From Hypanus sabinus (taxonomy: Eukaryota), in NCBI RefSeq assembly GCF_030144855.1, contig NC_082722.1:27528001-27592000 (forward strand): 64,000 nt of DNA, read 5' to 3'. The translations under genes were made by a program, and so were the position numbers. Under the pieces are notes generated by a model, which saw nothing but the letters and a program-made list of their open reading frames with translations, searched no databases and was not told the DNA's origin. Shown here piece after piece: positions 10,300 through 22,079 of the stretch (position 1 is the first letter of the stretch; the number at the start of each line of letters is the position of its first letter).

Positions 10300-12087
10300 A
10301 CAATAGACAATAGGTGCAGAAGTAGACCATTCGGCCCCTCGAGTCTGCACTGCCATTCTGAGATCATGGCTGATCATTCACTATCAATACCCAGTCCCTG
10401 CCTTGTCCCCATATCCCTAGATTCCCCTATCCATCAGATATCTATCTAGCTCCTTCTTGAAAGCATCCAGAGAATTGGCCTCCACCGTCTTCCGAGGTAG
10501 TGCATTCCACACCTGCACAACTCTCTGGGAGAAGAAGCTCTTCCTCAACTCTGTTTTAAATAACTGACCTCTTATTCTCAATCCATGCCCTCTGGTACTG
10601 GACTCTCCCAACATCTGGAACATATTTCCTGCCTCAATCCTATCAAATCCTTTAATTATCTTAAACGTTTCAATCAGATCCCCTCTCAATCTCCTCAATT
10701 CCAGCGTGAACAAGCCCAATCTCTCCAATCTCTCTGCGTAAGACAGCCCTGCCATCCTAGGAATCAACCTAGTGAATCTACGCTGCACTTCCTCAATTGC
10801 CAGAATGTCCTTCCTTAAACCTGGAGACCAAAACTGTACACAATATTCCAGGTGTGGTTTCACCAGGGCCCTGTACAAATGCAAAAGGACATCCTTGCTC
10901 TTGTATTCAATTCCCCTTGTAACAAAGGCCAACATTCCATTTGCCATCTTCACTGCCTGTTGCACTTGCTCATTCACCTTCATTGACTGGTGAACTAGGA
11001 CTCCTAGGTCTCTTTGCATTTCTCCCTTACCTAACTCTACACCGTTCAGATAATACTCTGCCCTCTTGTTCCTGCTTCCAAAGTGGATAACTTCACATTT
11101 ATTCACATTGAATGACATCTGCCAAGTATCTGCCCACTCACCCAGCCTATCCAAGTCTCTCTGTATTCTCCTAACGTCCTCTTCGCATGTCACACTGCCA
11201 CCCAGTTTAGTATCGTCAGCAAACTTGCTGACATAGTTTTCAATGCCCTCATCTAAATCATTGACATAAATCGTAAAGAGCGGTGGTCCCAATACAGAGC
11301 CCTGTGGTACCCCACTAGTCACCTCCAGCCAGTCCGAGAAACACCCATTCACTGCTACCCTTTGCTTTCTATCTGTCAACCAGTTTTCTATCCATGTTGA
11401 AACCCTGCCCCCAATGCCATGAGCTCTGATTTTACTCACCAATCTCCTATGTGGCACCTTATCGAATGCCTTCTGAAAATCTAGGTATACAACACCCACT
11501 GGCTTATCCTCGTCTAACATCCTTGTTACACCCTCAAAAAACTCCAACAGATTAGTCAAGCATGATTTGCCCTTGGTAAATCCATGCTGGCTCGGCCTAA
11601 TCCTATTTCTGCCATCTAGGTGTGCCACTATTTCGGCCTTAATAATGGACTCAAGCATCTTCCCCACGACTGACGTTAGGCTAACAGGGCGATAGTTCTC
11701 CGTTTTCTCCTTCCCTCCCTTCTTGAAAAGTGGGATAACATTAGCCACTCTCCAGCCTTCAGGAACTGATCCTGAATCTAAGGAACATTGGAAAATGATT
11801 ACCAATGCATCCGCAATTTCCTGAGCCACCTCTTTTAGAACCCTCGGATGCAGAACATCTGGACCCGGGGATTTATTAGCCTTCAGTCCTACCAGTCTAC
11901 TCATCACAGTTTCTTTCCTAATGTCAATCTGTCTCAATTCCTCTGATATCTTATGACCCAAACCCATCCATACATCTGGGAGATTGCTTGTGTCCTCCCT
12001 GGTGAAGACAGATCTAAAGTACGCATTAAATTCTGTTGCCATTTCCCTGTTTCCCATAACAATTTCTCCCAATCCATTCTTCAAGGG
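10300..12087 (-). mobile_element. Young 5'-truncated CR1-clade LINE with uninterrupted RT-to-C-terminus ORF
   Basis: ORF 10417-12381 contains KSPGPD, YRPVSLTS, QHGF, LDFQKAFD, QGSVLGP and FADD with no stops; (CTATTG)n-type tail at about 10300-10313. Only the part below about 12087 is CR1. Confidence 0.95.
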
Positions 12088-12650
12088 CGAAATGGGCTGA
12101 AGTCCTGGTGCAATGCCGGATGAAGCCATGGATCCATCTACAGGGTGGTGAGGTGTGTTCCTTGGAATGCCGAGGATAGTAGGGTGTTGTGAGAATGCCA
12201 TAGGGCTATTGTGTGATTTACATAATTGGTGCTTGATTGTAGGCATGCACTTAGTCGCCCGAATGCGTTCTACACATGTATAACTTATTCCCGTAAACCA
12301 GCAAACTATTCTCCAATTGTGGCCAATTATATTCTCCAAATATAACTTATTCTCCTGTGTTAAGGTCAAGTGAAGAAACAAGGACTGGAAACAATTGTTC
12401 CACTCATATAAATTAATTTATAGGTAAAAAAAAAATACCCACCTGAATTTTGGAGCTGAGAGCAATATTCTCCTGTTTAATAGAAGGGAATAATAATGAC
12501 AGTCGAGGGTAAAACAAAGTACAGATGTCTTAAGAGCTTAAAATGCACCTTACAAATATTGGCCAGATTGTATGTAAATCATCATGTGCCTGTTAATTGA
12601 AATTTATTCACTGCTGAGGCGGTGTTTGAAAGTTTGAAAGTTTCTGTTTG

Positions 12651-13760
12651 AAAGTACTGAAAACTAAGAAAAACATTTATTTAGTGTTTTAAGATTTTTA
12701 AATCTTTAACTTCTGTTTTCCTTTTGGAAGATTTGAGAAGTTTTGCAATTTATCCAAAAAAAAATCAGATGGTTAAAACGTTTTCGACTTGACAGTCCCA
12801 GTTAACTCAAAGGCTATTGGACTAATTTTCTCAAGGCATGTGTTGGACTATTCGAGAAACCCCATGAATTGTGCAATATCTACCTATTACCATGTGCATG
12901 ACTTCATCTCGTTTCCCCAGCCATCAGGAGTCTTCTCATAGTTAAAAAGTACTTACAGCATCTTGCAAAGATCGCAAATTCCACCATACTTGTACTGTAA
13001 GGTGAAAGGTGCTTGGGAGAGTAGGGAGAATCGAAGTATGGAAAACAAAATCAGTCTCTTAGTTTGCAACCATTCATCTAGCGATCGATCTGAAATCTTA
13101 GGTCTGTTTAGCTCTCCGCTGACGCTCCATGTTTCCTCTACTTTTGCGCATCGGTTTTTGCTGCTGTTGTCCAAAAGATACTGTGCAGTCTAACCCGATA
13201 TTCAACTCCACAGTCTTGTGTTACTTCACTCATGTCTTTGAAAATTGGGTCCAAGACCAAAGGGACTTCAGCATGCTGTGTGCTCCTTCCGTTCTCTCAG
13301 CGGAATCGAAGTAATTCACCGCCAGAAACAGCACGTTAACTATAGCTAGCAGTGTTGCCATTTTCTGATAATGTCGAATATTTCTCAAAGGATTGATAGA
13401 AGATCATTCATATCAGTTATAACAAGTGTTTCTGGAGATACTGGAATCTCGACCAACACACAGAAAATGAACTCAGCAGACCAGGCAGCATCTATGGAAA
13501 TGAATGAACAATCAACATTTTTCTCCGAGTCCCTTCATTAGGACCGGAAAGGAGGGTGGAATATGCCAGAATAAAAAGACGGTGAGATGGAGGACAAATT
13601 AGGAGGTGAAGTCAGGCAAAGTACTGAAAACTAAGAAAAACATTTCTTTAGTGTTTTAAGATTTTTACATCTTTAACTTCTGTTTTCATTTTGGAAGATT
13701 TGAGAAGTTTTGCAATTTATCCAAAAAAAAATCAGATGGTTAAAACGTTTTCGACTTGAC
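12651..13760. repeat. 143-bp near-identical direct repeat (12651-12793 and 13618-13760)
   Basis: Three mismatches in 143 bp; the second copy interrupts a Penelope-like remnant. Confidence 0.9.
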
Positions 13761-14290
13761 TGAGGGGGCTTTGTGGGGAGGGAGGAAGAGGAGTGTGTAT
13801 GGTTGGACAGTGGGATTAAGTAACATGCTGGAAGGTAAGAGGCTGAAAATGCAGAGCTGAAGAATAAGGAATCTAATAGGAGAGGAGAGAAGACTACGGG
13901 AGAAAGGGAAGGAAGTGGGACAGAAGTGGCGGTCATAGGCAGCAGATCAGAGAGGATAAGAGGTCAGAGATGGGAACAGAAGAGAGTATAGGAGGTTAAA
14001 GTCCTTGAAGGAGGAATCGATGTTCATGTTGTCAGGTTGGAGGCTACCTCGACTGCATCCAAGGTATTGCTCGCCCACCCTGAGAGTAGCCTCATGAAGG
14101 CGTAAGAAGAGAACACAAATCGAAATGTCGGAATGTGAATGGATAGGAATAAACTGGACACTCACAAATACTGCATTTTGGGATGGACTGGACGTGCTGG
14201 AAAATGTGGTCGAATGTTTATGTCGAGTCTCAGTGTAATGGATGCAACATCGGTAGCTCTGGCTACAGTAAACGATGCTTCCCAATTTGC
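13440..14290 (-). mobile_element. Penelope-like element 3' fragment (GIY-YIG endonuclease C-terminus plus 3' region)
   Basis: ORF 13947-14285 contains HSHSDISICVL...EATLRVGEQYL...GSLQPDNMNID, typical of the end of a PLE GIY-YIG domain. Confidence 0.65.
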
Positions 14291-15242
14291 AGGTGGAGTG
14301 TTGACCAGCAATGGAGGTGATGAAGTTATAATATTCAGGTTGCCTTCATCTGTCAGGCTATTTTTTTCTTCTATTTAGATTTACATTTTTTGATTCTACA
14401 AAGGCTGATGTCTTCACCCATCTTCAAATTCATTCACATAGCTATGTCTGTCTAGAATCTATCTCGTTGTGAAATTAATTACAAAAATAATATCCTTTTA
14501 TTTATGGAACGGTCACTTCTTTGTTTCAGTGTGCGTTCTGATGTCGATATCCAACCACATTTCATTATTTTCTGCATTAAATGAAAATAAACCGTAATCA
14601 TTTTCCAAAGAGTTGTTCATGCTATAACTGTTCACGCTTGGAAGGCATCTCATTTTTCTCTTTCCAGAATGCACACGCCGTAGAATCGAAACACGGATAT
14701 CGCAGAAAAACATTAGAAACACTCAGTTGCGTGAAAGAGGCTTTGAAGTTACTTTATATTTCTAAAAATCCATTGTCTGTAGCCTAAAGGACCACCTTTA
14801 AAAATAAAGCCAACAGTCTGCAAATCGATTTTTGAAACACAGGTAAATTTTAACCACAAAGTCTTTCCGTGATATCATCAGTATATCATCAGTTAGTGTA
14901 TTTCTATTCTCTGTCATTTGTCGGTTCCTGTTAACCTGCACGAGGAGATTGTTGTAGATCTTTAGCTGAACAAATACATTGAATCCTGGAGTGCATCACG
15001 GAAGACGGCTCTTACACCGCTTTCATCCATTTAGAGCAAAATATTTCCGTAGCTGTTGCCGGCAGCAACAGCCATGGTACCGGCAGCACGGTACCACTTC
15101 CTCTAACAACTGTTTCAAAATACCTACCATCCTCTGTCTGAAAACCATGCCGTGCCCAGCTCCCCTTTAAATGTTTTCTCTCTTGGTTCACAGCTGTGTC
15201 TTCTAGATTTGGATCCCGTCTTGAGAAATGGGCTTTCAGAAT

Positions 15243-16074
15243 TGTTACGAACCCCATAACTCGGTCACTTACCAGCAAAGATAGAGAGGTCCGTTGAAGT
15301 CTGATGATACTATTTTTAAACAGTATTCATTAGTAAAAATACACAAAAATAATATCAAAGCAAATATACAAATAATATACGTCGTCAATACTAAAGCTAG
15401 AAGTGCAGATATAATAATAATCAATAAGAAATAAGCTCTATCATTGTCTAGGGGATAAATGTATTGTCCGATGAAAATATAAAGTTCACTCAGTTCATGC
15501 AGGCTGCTGCCTTTGGGGACCGCTGTGTTGCAATGGTGGGAGAGAGAGAGAGAGATTTGGAGAAAAGCTTGCCGATTTTCCTTTCATGATTTCGATCCGT
15601 CCGAGTCTCGTTGGTGTGGCTGTTCACTTGTGGTCTCTCCTTTAGCTAAACCGTTCTTCTGTAGTGAGCGCACCAACCCAGGCATGGACGACGCACACGA
15701 GCCCCACCGGCTTTTGCTATAAAACACTGTCACTGGATTTCCAGCGTTTCTCCTGGTGTGTCCAAAGGGGTTGTTCCCCAAACCCTCTTTTACCCTTACT
15801 TACGGGGTCTCAGAAGTTAATCAGGTTGGGATGATGCAATCCCTCAACCAGCCCACTCTGGTTGTCCCCTGAGGGGTTTCAATGAATAGTACAATACTCA
15901 ATACACAATTCCGTCTCCAAGAGACAATAGCCGTTATCAGTGGTTTTGTTTTGCTGAGGCCAGGACACATTCCAACCCCTTTGGATTCTGCATGTCTCTC
16001 TCATTTTCTGGGTCCCAGACCCGAATTAATAGCGATCTTGCGATTCTCAGAAAGGAGGGGGCGACTTTGTAACC
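15243..16074 (-). mobile_element. Solo LTR (probably Ty3/Gypsy type), same family as 53488-54263
   Basis: Reverse complement aligns end to end with 53488-54263 (shared 3' cagacttcaacggacctctctatctttgctggtaagtga...cgtaaca); no clear TSD. Confidence 0.75.
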
Positions 16075-16089
16075 TTTGTAACCTCAGAG

Positions 16090-16560
16090 TTGCGTCACAT
16101 TCGTAACAGCATCTTGTATATTAATGTCCGTAACAGTTCGTTTATTTTCAAATTCATAAAGTTGTCCCTCAGTCAACTGTACTCCAGAGTAAACAGTCCA
16201 TGTCTATCCAATCTCTCCGTGCCACTAAAGCCTTCCATTCCAGGCAATGTCCCAGAGAATCTCTTTTGCAATCGTTCTAACTCTACAACGTGCTATATGT
16301 GGACCAGAAGAGCACACGACTCTCCAAGACTGGCCTCGCCATTGTCGACTAATACAACATGGTGTTTCAGCTCTTGGCAACATACTGCCAAGAGGGCAAT
16401 TAGGCTAAACTCCTTATCTGGATCCCGATGTGTCGTCGTTAAGTGCGCACTAAAATCCCTTTGTGCATCAACGCTTCTAAGATCCCTCCAGTATATCCTG
16501 TCATTATTCAAGGCAGAGAAAATCATAAGCACATGAGATTCTGAAATCCTGATCAACCAC
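16090..16560 (-). mobile_element. Old CR1 C-terminal fragment
   Basis: Degenerate LERLQKRF..TLPGMEGFS..ERLDR.GLFTLE reading on the minus strand. Confidence 0.55.
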
Positions 16561-16738
16561 CATCTCTGACAAGGGCTCCCAACCTCGGTTAATGGTGGGG
16601 GTTTATAGCATGAAAAGGTTGGAAACCCCTGACATATGGAGAGGTATAATATAAACAATCAATGGTTCAGATCGAGAACCTTCTTCAGTCTTTGAAGAGG
16701 ATATGCCCTTGATTAGCCTGTTTTCTTAGGGGGAGCGT

Positions 16739-17094
16739 ATTGGAGTATAGAAGTTGCAACTTGCTATTTGCTGGAGAATGAAATCTTAGGAATGTAGAAG
16801 ACAATGGTGTGTTAATGAGAGGTAACTAAGAGATGTAGATTTGAACATGATTAAGTCAATAGTTAGAAACAATAGTGTCAGATGTCCTTCTGATACGCTC
16901 CTATAGACCAATTGGATATGCTAATGCAACTAAACCAGGAGATTGCTATAAAAAACGCTATGTACAAGGATCGGTGGGCAATCAGCGACTAGCTCAATGG
17001 CCGTCTCAGCTTTGATTTGCAAATTAAAGTTTAATACTTCTTTAAGAAACTTCTGCGCCTCCTGGCCCTTTGTGGGGCACGAGAAATCACGACA
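16739..17094 (+). repeat. ERV 5' LTR (356 bp)
   Basis: Aligns with 27812-28226 at about 11% mismatch (hand count); TATA-like gctataaaaa; ends ...cacgaca before the PBS. Confidence 0.9.
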
Positions 17095-17098
17095 AGAT

Positions 17099-17116
17099 TG
17101 GCGACCGCGGCAGGAC
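17099..17116 (+). promoter_or_regulatory. Primer-binding site complementary to tRNA-Arg(UCG)
   Basis: TGGCGACCGCGGCAGGAC, 4 nt after the LTR, is the reverse complement of the 3' 18 nt of vertebrate tRNA-Arg-TCG as I recall it (...GTCCTGCCGCGGTCGCCA); not database-checked. Confidence 0.75.
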
Positions 17117-17534
17117 CGGAAAGAGACCTGCGGAAAGGAAACGGCAGATTGGGGACGCTTTCCGGTCCTCTAGGGACCCCCACAGGGTTAACAGAATAAA
17201 CAGTGCACCCAAACAAAAGGCAAGTGCTTTTTGCGACAATTTGGACTAAGAACTCTGTTGGTTTTGGGGAGGTCTTGGAGACTCAGAAGTGTGGAACCAC
17301 TGCCGAAGGGTCTCTCCGGTCCAAAGAATCTGCCAGAATTGGGGGTTAACAGGAGGCTCAGAGGATTGATCAAGAACACTGCAGTGAGGGTATGTACAAA
17401 TGTTAATAAGAAGTTAAGAAAACTTCCACGTGGTGTTGGTAAATCTCTGTGGATACCGCTTCGTATAAAGCAAAGGTCTGAACGGGCAGGGAAAGGGAAA
17501 ATAGAGCAAATCCTCGTGGCCTTGTGTAAAGCCT

Positions 17535-20500
17535 TGTGTTGCCTTTATGGCATTTGTTTAGTTTATAATATTTTTGCTTTAGTAATTCGTTTGTTAGCAT
17601 TTTCTAGTTAAAGTTAGGATTGTTTAAAGTAAATTCGTTGTCTGTGATATATCGCGGCATGTGGTGACGTCACATCTGGTTTTGCCGCATCTTGTGGGAA
17701 AATACCGGGTTGGAGAAACGGGAAGAAGGGGTCTCATATGTGCAAGATCAGCGCAAGAAAAGTTGTCTTTCTATGCACTAGAAACATAGTGAAGCAAAGC
17801 CTTTTCACCATACGTTAATGTGGAAGAGTGAACAGTAAACAGTTAATCTTACTGCGATCTGTTTTCATTGACTACGGTTTACCTCAGTGCTTAGTTCAGA
17901 GGTCCATTACACCTGAGCGAGAACACTACAGTGAAAAGGCGTTGTTATCAAGTGTTTCAAGTGCTGCAATGACAACTCGATCCAGCATCAAGTCGTTGCC
18001 ATCCAGCGACAGGGGCAGTAGGGCATCATCAAGTAGGGCTGCCCATTCAAGTGCTAAGACAGGAGCCGCCACGGTGCGAGCATTCTACATCAAACAAGAA
18101 GCAAAATTGAAAATGGAAGCGGCTGCCAGAGAAGCCGAAAACCAGATGGAAGTGGCTGCTAGAGAAGTCGAAAACCAGAAGGAAGCGGCTGCCAGAGAAA
18201 TGGAAAAGGCTGCCAGAGAAGCCAAAAACCAGTTGAAAAGGGCAAGGATAGCGTCAGAGTTAGAAGTGCTGATGCTACACCGAGAAGCACAAGCTGCCAG
18301 GGTGGAAGCAGAGTTAATAGAAGATGCTGAAGAAATGCATGATCTGGTTGACGTAAAATCTACTTCAGAAAAGATCAGATTGGAACACACAAGCGACTAT
18401 GTCCGATCTCAAATAGACTGGAAGATTCGTTGTTCCTCCCCATACTTATATGGTAATGCCCCATTTCATGAGGAGCCTCAGAGAGACCCAATTGCATCAC
18501 AACCATCCGAGGAAGACAATTTACCCTTGCAACTCCGCGATGAATTCAAGAATGAAAGGGCTGATGACAAATATTTCGATGCCAAACTTACCAGATTTGT
18601 AGAGAAGAGAGGCAAAGGCTGAATTCAGAACAGCAAATTCCATAACAGAGGTACGCCCTCAGCCATATACCCGCTGACCTATTCCCCCAGGCCGCATGCC
18701 ACTTGCAGTTGAACCCATGGCACGGTATTTAGCATGACGAGATTTCGTCACTTCAGGACTATACCAGTTTGAAGACAAACCTGAAAATTGTCATGCATGG
18801 TACTACATTCACCAACGCTATCCACGGAGTGCAGCTCAGAGCAACCCAAGAGTTGGATCTTATGGCAAAATGGCTGGGGAAAAGAATCATGCGAACAAGT
18901 GAGATGCATACGTTTAGTGTTCATCAACAACCCCAAGCTAGCCTTACGCAAAGCATAGGAGAGACTTCGGGAGGGCTATGCGGCCCCCAAAATTATTGAA
19001 GTGGCACTATACCGATGTCTGGAAAATTTTCCAGAGGTGTCTGCCAAGGACCACACTAAGTTAAGAGAGCTCGGAGATTTACTCATCGAGATTCAAGGCG
19101 CCAAAGACGATGGCTACTCAACTGGTCTATTATACCTAGGCACTCCGTACGGGATTAGACAAATCGTGGACAAACTTCCATTTGGGCTGCAGGAAAGGTG
19201 GATGTCCGTTGGCGGAGAGTACAAGGAAGAGAACAATGGTCGATTTCCTCCCTTCGAGTATTTCACTAGGCTTGTGTGCAAGGAGGCGAAGAAGCGAAAT
19301 GACCCTAGCGTCATTGGTCGAGGAAGCAGTACAATTTACACCAAGTCAGATAAATCCTCTTCGAATAATTTCAACATTAATAAACCCGCCTCAGTGCTTA
19401 GGACTGAAGCCTTTACAACTAAAAACGATCTTAGCAAGAATTGTCCATTCCATAACAAAGCCCACCCCCTCAAAAAATGCAGAACATTTAGGGAAAATCC
19501 CCTTGGAGAGGTTGGCCCTTCTCAAGGAGAAAAAAAAATGTGTTTAATGCTGTTCCTCGACCTCTCACCTTGCTCGAGAGTGTACGATCGCCGTGAAGTG
19601 CCCGAAATGTAATAGCACTAATCATGATGGGGCCATGCATCCCGGCCCGTTACCGCAAACCAACAAAGCTCCTTCACCCTCACAACAGGACGGCGGAGAG
19701 GAAGAGGCTCACTCCAGGACAACTGTTGTCAGCTCGAGTTGTACAGAAGTTTGCAGTCAAGCTCAGTCAAGCCGTTCTTGTTCAAAGATCTGCCTCACTA
19801 AGGTATACCCTAAGGGAGCCAAAGACAAGGCCATCAAAGCTTATGTAATTCTGGAAAATCAGAGCAATCGCTCACTAGTCAGACCAGAGTTCTTTAACTT
19901 GCTCCACATTGAGTGTAATCAGTTCCCATACTACCATAGAACTTGCTCAGGCAGAGTGGAAACTTATGGAAGGAAAGCAGAAGGCTTCCAGCTCGAGTCC
20001 CTGGATGGTAAAGTCGTCATCTGTCTCCCTCCGCTCTTAGAGTGCAATGAAATTTTGAATAACCGCACTGAGATCCCGACACCAAGTGCAGTGCTACACC
20101 AGCCACATCTCCACCACATTGCCAAGCACATCCCAGAACTGGGGTCAAAAGCAGAAATACTCCTGCTATTAAGAAGAGATTTTCTCCGGGAGCACAACGT
20201 TAGGCAGCAGGTCAATGGACCACATGACGCCCCCTTTGCGTAACGCCTGAATCTGGGCTGGGTGGTGATAGGAGAGGTGTGCCCTGGCAATGTACACAAA
20301 CCGTCGGTTAAGACATTCAAGACCAATGTACTAGAGAGTGGCCGCCATTCAAGTTTTTCAACCCCGCACAAGTGTCATGTGCATTAAGGAAGCACAACAA
20401 GGCTTTAACAAATGTAAAGTAACTGACGAGACGCTGGGTCAGTCAGTCTTCGCTCAAATTGAGCATGATAATAAACTTGCTCCATCAGCTCAAGACGCCA

Positions 20501-21626
20501 TTTTCTGAAAAACAAAGGACACCAAGGTCTTCAAAGACGAAGCAAGTAATTGGGTCGTCCCACTACATTTCAGAGAACCACGCCAGTGCTTGCCAAACAA
20601 CAAAGAGCAGGCAGTCAAGCGGTACACGTCCTTGCAAAACACCTCGAAAAGGAAACCTGATATGCAGCAACGCACCCGATTGACCCACGAGGTACTGTGC
20701 ACACTAATGGCAGAGGTCACAGCCATTATAAATGCACGACCACTCCTATCCGTGTCTTCTGACCCAGAAAACCCCTTCATACTCTCGCCATCAGTGCTCC
20801 TTAAGCAGAAGGCAGGAGCGCCCCCTCCACCAGAGGACTTCTCTGATAAGGACTTGTACACAAAGCAATGGAGACAGCTCCAGGCTCTGGCAAATCGGTT
20901 CTGGTCTCGTTGGAGACAGGAATATCTACCTTTGGTGCAGCACAGACAATAGTGGACAGAACCCTGCAGGAATCTTCAAGTTGGAGATTTAGTCCTGTTC
21001 AGGGATAAGCAAATCGCCCGCAACAGCTGGCCAATGGCCAGAATCACTGCCACATTCCCTAGTAGGGATGGACGTGTCAGGAAGGTTGAGTTGAGAACTA
21101 CCGACCAAGATGATGCGAAAATTTACCAAAGGCCAGTTGCAGAAGTCATTCTACTTCTACCCAAGGACTGATTTGGAGACTGAAGTTTTGTATTATTTTC
21201 ATTGTGAACCTACGACAGTCAAGCGTGGAGTGTGTTGCCTTTATGGGATTTGTTTAGTTTATAATATTTTCACTTTAGTAATTCGTTTGTTAGCATTTTC
21301 TAGTTAAAGTTAGGATTGTTTAAAGAAAATTCGTTGTCTGTGATATATCCCGGCATGTGATGACGTCACATCCGGTTTCGCCGCGTCTTGTGGGAAAATA
21401 CCGGTTTGGAGAAACGGGAATGAGGGGGCTTACAGGTGCAAGCTCAGCGCAAGAAAAGTTGTCTTTCTACGCACTAGAAACATAGTGAAGTAACGCCTTT
21501 TCACCATACGTTAATGTGGAAGATTGAACAGTAAACAGTTAATCTTACTGTGATCTGTTTTCATTGACTACGGTTTACCTCTGTGTTTAGTTCAGAGTTC
21601 CGTTACACCTGAGCGAGAACACTACA
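17535..21626 (+). mobile_element. BEL/Pao LTR retrotransposon, internally deleted, nested in the ERV leader
   Basis: 396-bp TG...CA LTRs at 17535-17930 and 21231-21626 (about 6.6% mismatch, hand count); gag with Cys/His knuckles, protease (ILENQSNRSL), integrase end LMAEVTAIINARPL and FWSRWRQEYL; RT and RNase H missing. Confidence 0.9.
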
Positions 21627-22079
21627 CCCCTTAAGAGATAAGGGTCTGAACAGATGAGGTGCAAAGAGCAAGTTCTGTGGATACCGCTCTGAATAGAAGT
21701 CTGTAAGGGCAGAACAGAATAGCAAACAAGGACAGTCCAATATATAGTTTAAAGCGCTGGCAGATAGATGATAGACTAGGCATAGAATTAGAGTAATTAA
21801 TATTATCCAGTAAACGAACTGTGAATCTCTGAAATACCTTAAAAAGAGAGAAAAACATGGCAGGTAACGGCTGTAGAGATTCTGAGCAAAAAAATTCCCG
21901 ATAAATAAATATCAGATCACAAAAACTTCAGAAAAAACGGGAAAAAAGAAGCAAAAACCTGGTCCCAAAGTGGCCAAGAGAAGAAACGTTTGATGTAAGC
22001 TTGTGCGAAGAAATGGAGGGACTAATTAAAAATTACAAACCAAAAGATAAATCTAAGAGGGCAAAAAAGAGAATGAGAA

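Noticed and set aside
12088-12381. N-terminal about 100 aa of the 654-aa ORF as a host-CR1 fusion protein
   Set aside because: No domain features; best explained as chance open frame in flank upstream of a truncated LINE.
13200-13361. Signal-peptide-like ORF MATLLAIVNVLFLAVNYFDSA... on the minus strand
   Set aside because: Stops after 43 codons, the candidate donor is phase 0 and weak, it is not evident in the paralogous unit, and the true leader lies at 6907-6961.
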